From Dimorphilus gyrociliatus (Eukaryota > Animalia > Annelida), in assembly GCA_904063045.1 (NCBI GenBank), contig CAJFCJ010000086.1, forward strand, positions 1 through 46,856: a DNA stretch of 46,856 nt, in the 5' to 3' direction. Of the stretch, positions 45,134 to 46,856 are shown one piece after another. The notes under the pieces were generated by a model. That model ran no database searches. It saw nothing but the letters and a program-made list of their open reading frames with translations, and had not been told where the DNA came from. The translations under genes were made by a program, and so were the position numbers. Each line of letters opens with the position of its first letter. Positions within the stretch are counted from its first letter, which is position 1.

Positions 45134-45447
45134 CAAATTATAATTTAAATTTCAATTATGAACAGAAAATTAATAAAGATTAGCTTTGTCTCTTCTTTAT
45201 ATTATTTAATGTCTAGTAATTATTAAATATGTTTATAATATGAGTTATATGTTGAATTTATAAAAATTACTCATATCTTCTTTTTATAAGACAAAAATTG
45301 TAATAAATAAAATATTATAAACATTTTTACTCCTTTTCAAGTTATCAATGTTATATAACTCAAAGGAAAGTCTATTCGTTAATTACTTCCCTAAAGAAAT
45401 ATAAATGAAATAACTAAAACCTTTAATATAAATAAAAATTGTTTAAT

Positions 45448-46636
45448 CTAAACAACATCACCACTTATGTTCTCATTTAATAGCTTCACTTTATTAAAAA
45501 CATCATTCATAATAGATTCTAGATAATTGGAATAACCATTATTAGCGATGTTTTCATCGTCTTCTATTCCTTTTTTAATGTATAGATTTCTTAAGCCATC
45601 ACCTCCACCGTTTTAGCTGCAAATTTATCAGAGTCAGAATATAACAATGAAATAATATAAAATTTAATAGGAAAAAACAATTTAAACGCAATGTTAAACA
45701 TTAAACATATATAAATCATGTTTTTTGTTATACTAGTGAAATCGTAATAAATCATGAGATCAAACATATTTCCAAATAGCCAATAAACAGCGCAATTAAT
45801 AAATTAAATACTGAATAAAGAATATCGATAATAAAATTATACCCTGAATTAATAAAGTTAATACCAAATAAAATGATTCCGTTATGGTCTTCCATTTCCT
45901 CAGAATTTTTAATTAATATTACTTTTTTACTAATAGTTCTGAAGGTAGTGAAAGTAGAAAATTCCGTAGGTGATTCATAAACTTCTATAGATCCTAACAT
46001 ATCTCTTGTTTTTTTATTAATTTTTAAATCAATATTTTTAACAGCCACATCGGGATTTCCAAAGAAAATGTCATATATTGGATAAAAAATGCAAATAGTA
46101 GAAATAACTGCAAGAACATATATATTCATAATAAATACATAAATGAATAGAAAAAAGAACCAAAATAAGGCATAAAAAAGAAAAAATATTATTAAATTGC
46201 CACCTATAGTGTTTAGTATATTAAAAAAGGTTGTAAAACAAAATATAGGAGCAACTAAACTATAAAAAATAAGAAGTATAATTATAGTACTGCTTTTATG
46301 ACTAAGTTTGGATTCTAAAAATGTTTGTATTTTATCAAAATAATTATATTTTAGAACCGCTATCTCCATTAGAAATGACAAAAAATGAAGAAAGATATAA
46401 GTTACTTTTTGAAGCTTCCTTTTAAATAAATCTGTCTTTATCTTCTCTTCTGATATGTCTGTATCTTTATAAATGTTTATTGCTTCTTTTTTATTAATTG
46501 TAAGAATATCATAAAGATAGATACAAACTCTAACTGTAAAATTAAAGTATATCATGTAATGTAGTAAATCTTTCATTGGGGTAGACTCAATCACACTTTT
46601 ATGAATACCTCCTTTTTTTATATTCAAAAAAAGCAT
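45448..46636 (-). CDS. M48/Ste24-like membrane protein, copy 3 (indel-broken)
   Basis: Same translation as 12208..13398 up to a frameshift near 45775. Confidence 0.6.
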
Positions 46637-46856
46637 AAATTAATACTATAACCAATTTTTGACTTTTTCTAAAAAAAATTGTATTTAACTGATTTCCATT
46701 TTAGTTTTTATAATATTCCATTTTTGAAAAAAATCTCGAAAAATACGCCTATAGCCAATTTTAGATTCTTTCCAAAAGTGTAATATTAATAATAAAAAAA
46801 TCATGAGCACCCGCCATTCTGAATAAATAAATAAACAACTTTGTTAAAAATTAATA

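Larger units (their letters stand above)
11988..46856. repeat. Giant interrupted palindrome 2: arms 11988-28408 and 29479-46856, spacer 28409-29478 (interior of Tc1 T2)
   Basis: Mirror ORF pairs with coordinate sums of about 57886 (25096..25833/32053..32790; 26535..27014/30872..31351; 22813..24798/33088..35091). Symmetry breaks at 28408/29479. Confidence 0.98.

Overview
Very AT-rich, intron-poor eukaryotic DNA, most consistent with a microsporidian (inferred from the CC/CCC motif before start codons, a short Rpn6, a solitary 5S gene, and Tc1, pogo, Merlin and Ginger transposons). The window contains only about 23 kb of unique sequence. A 19.2-kb unit (A, 8983-28196) is bounded by two different Tc1 transposons with ~200-bp IR/DR-type terminal inverted repeats (T1 7510-8982, T2 28197-29690). 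The unit is mirrored across each element, giving A'-T1-A-T2-A', i.e. two overlapping giant palindromes and a 41,350-bp direct period. Unit A carries TE relics, an M48/Ste24-like membrane protein apparently lacking its zinc motif, a Ginger-like integrase element, two orphan proteins with predicted signal peptides, a RING-H2 protein, Rpn6, a divergent cullin-like gene and a 5S rRNA gene. The arms are not identical: the right arm has an intact Merlin insertion with an 8-bp TSD plus non-random substitutions, and many homopolymer indels point to noisy long-read consensus. The architecture is either a real transposon-TIR-driven inverted amplicon or an amplification/assembly artefact; sequence alone cannot decide.
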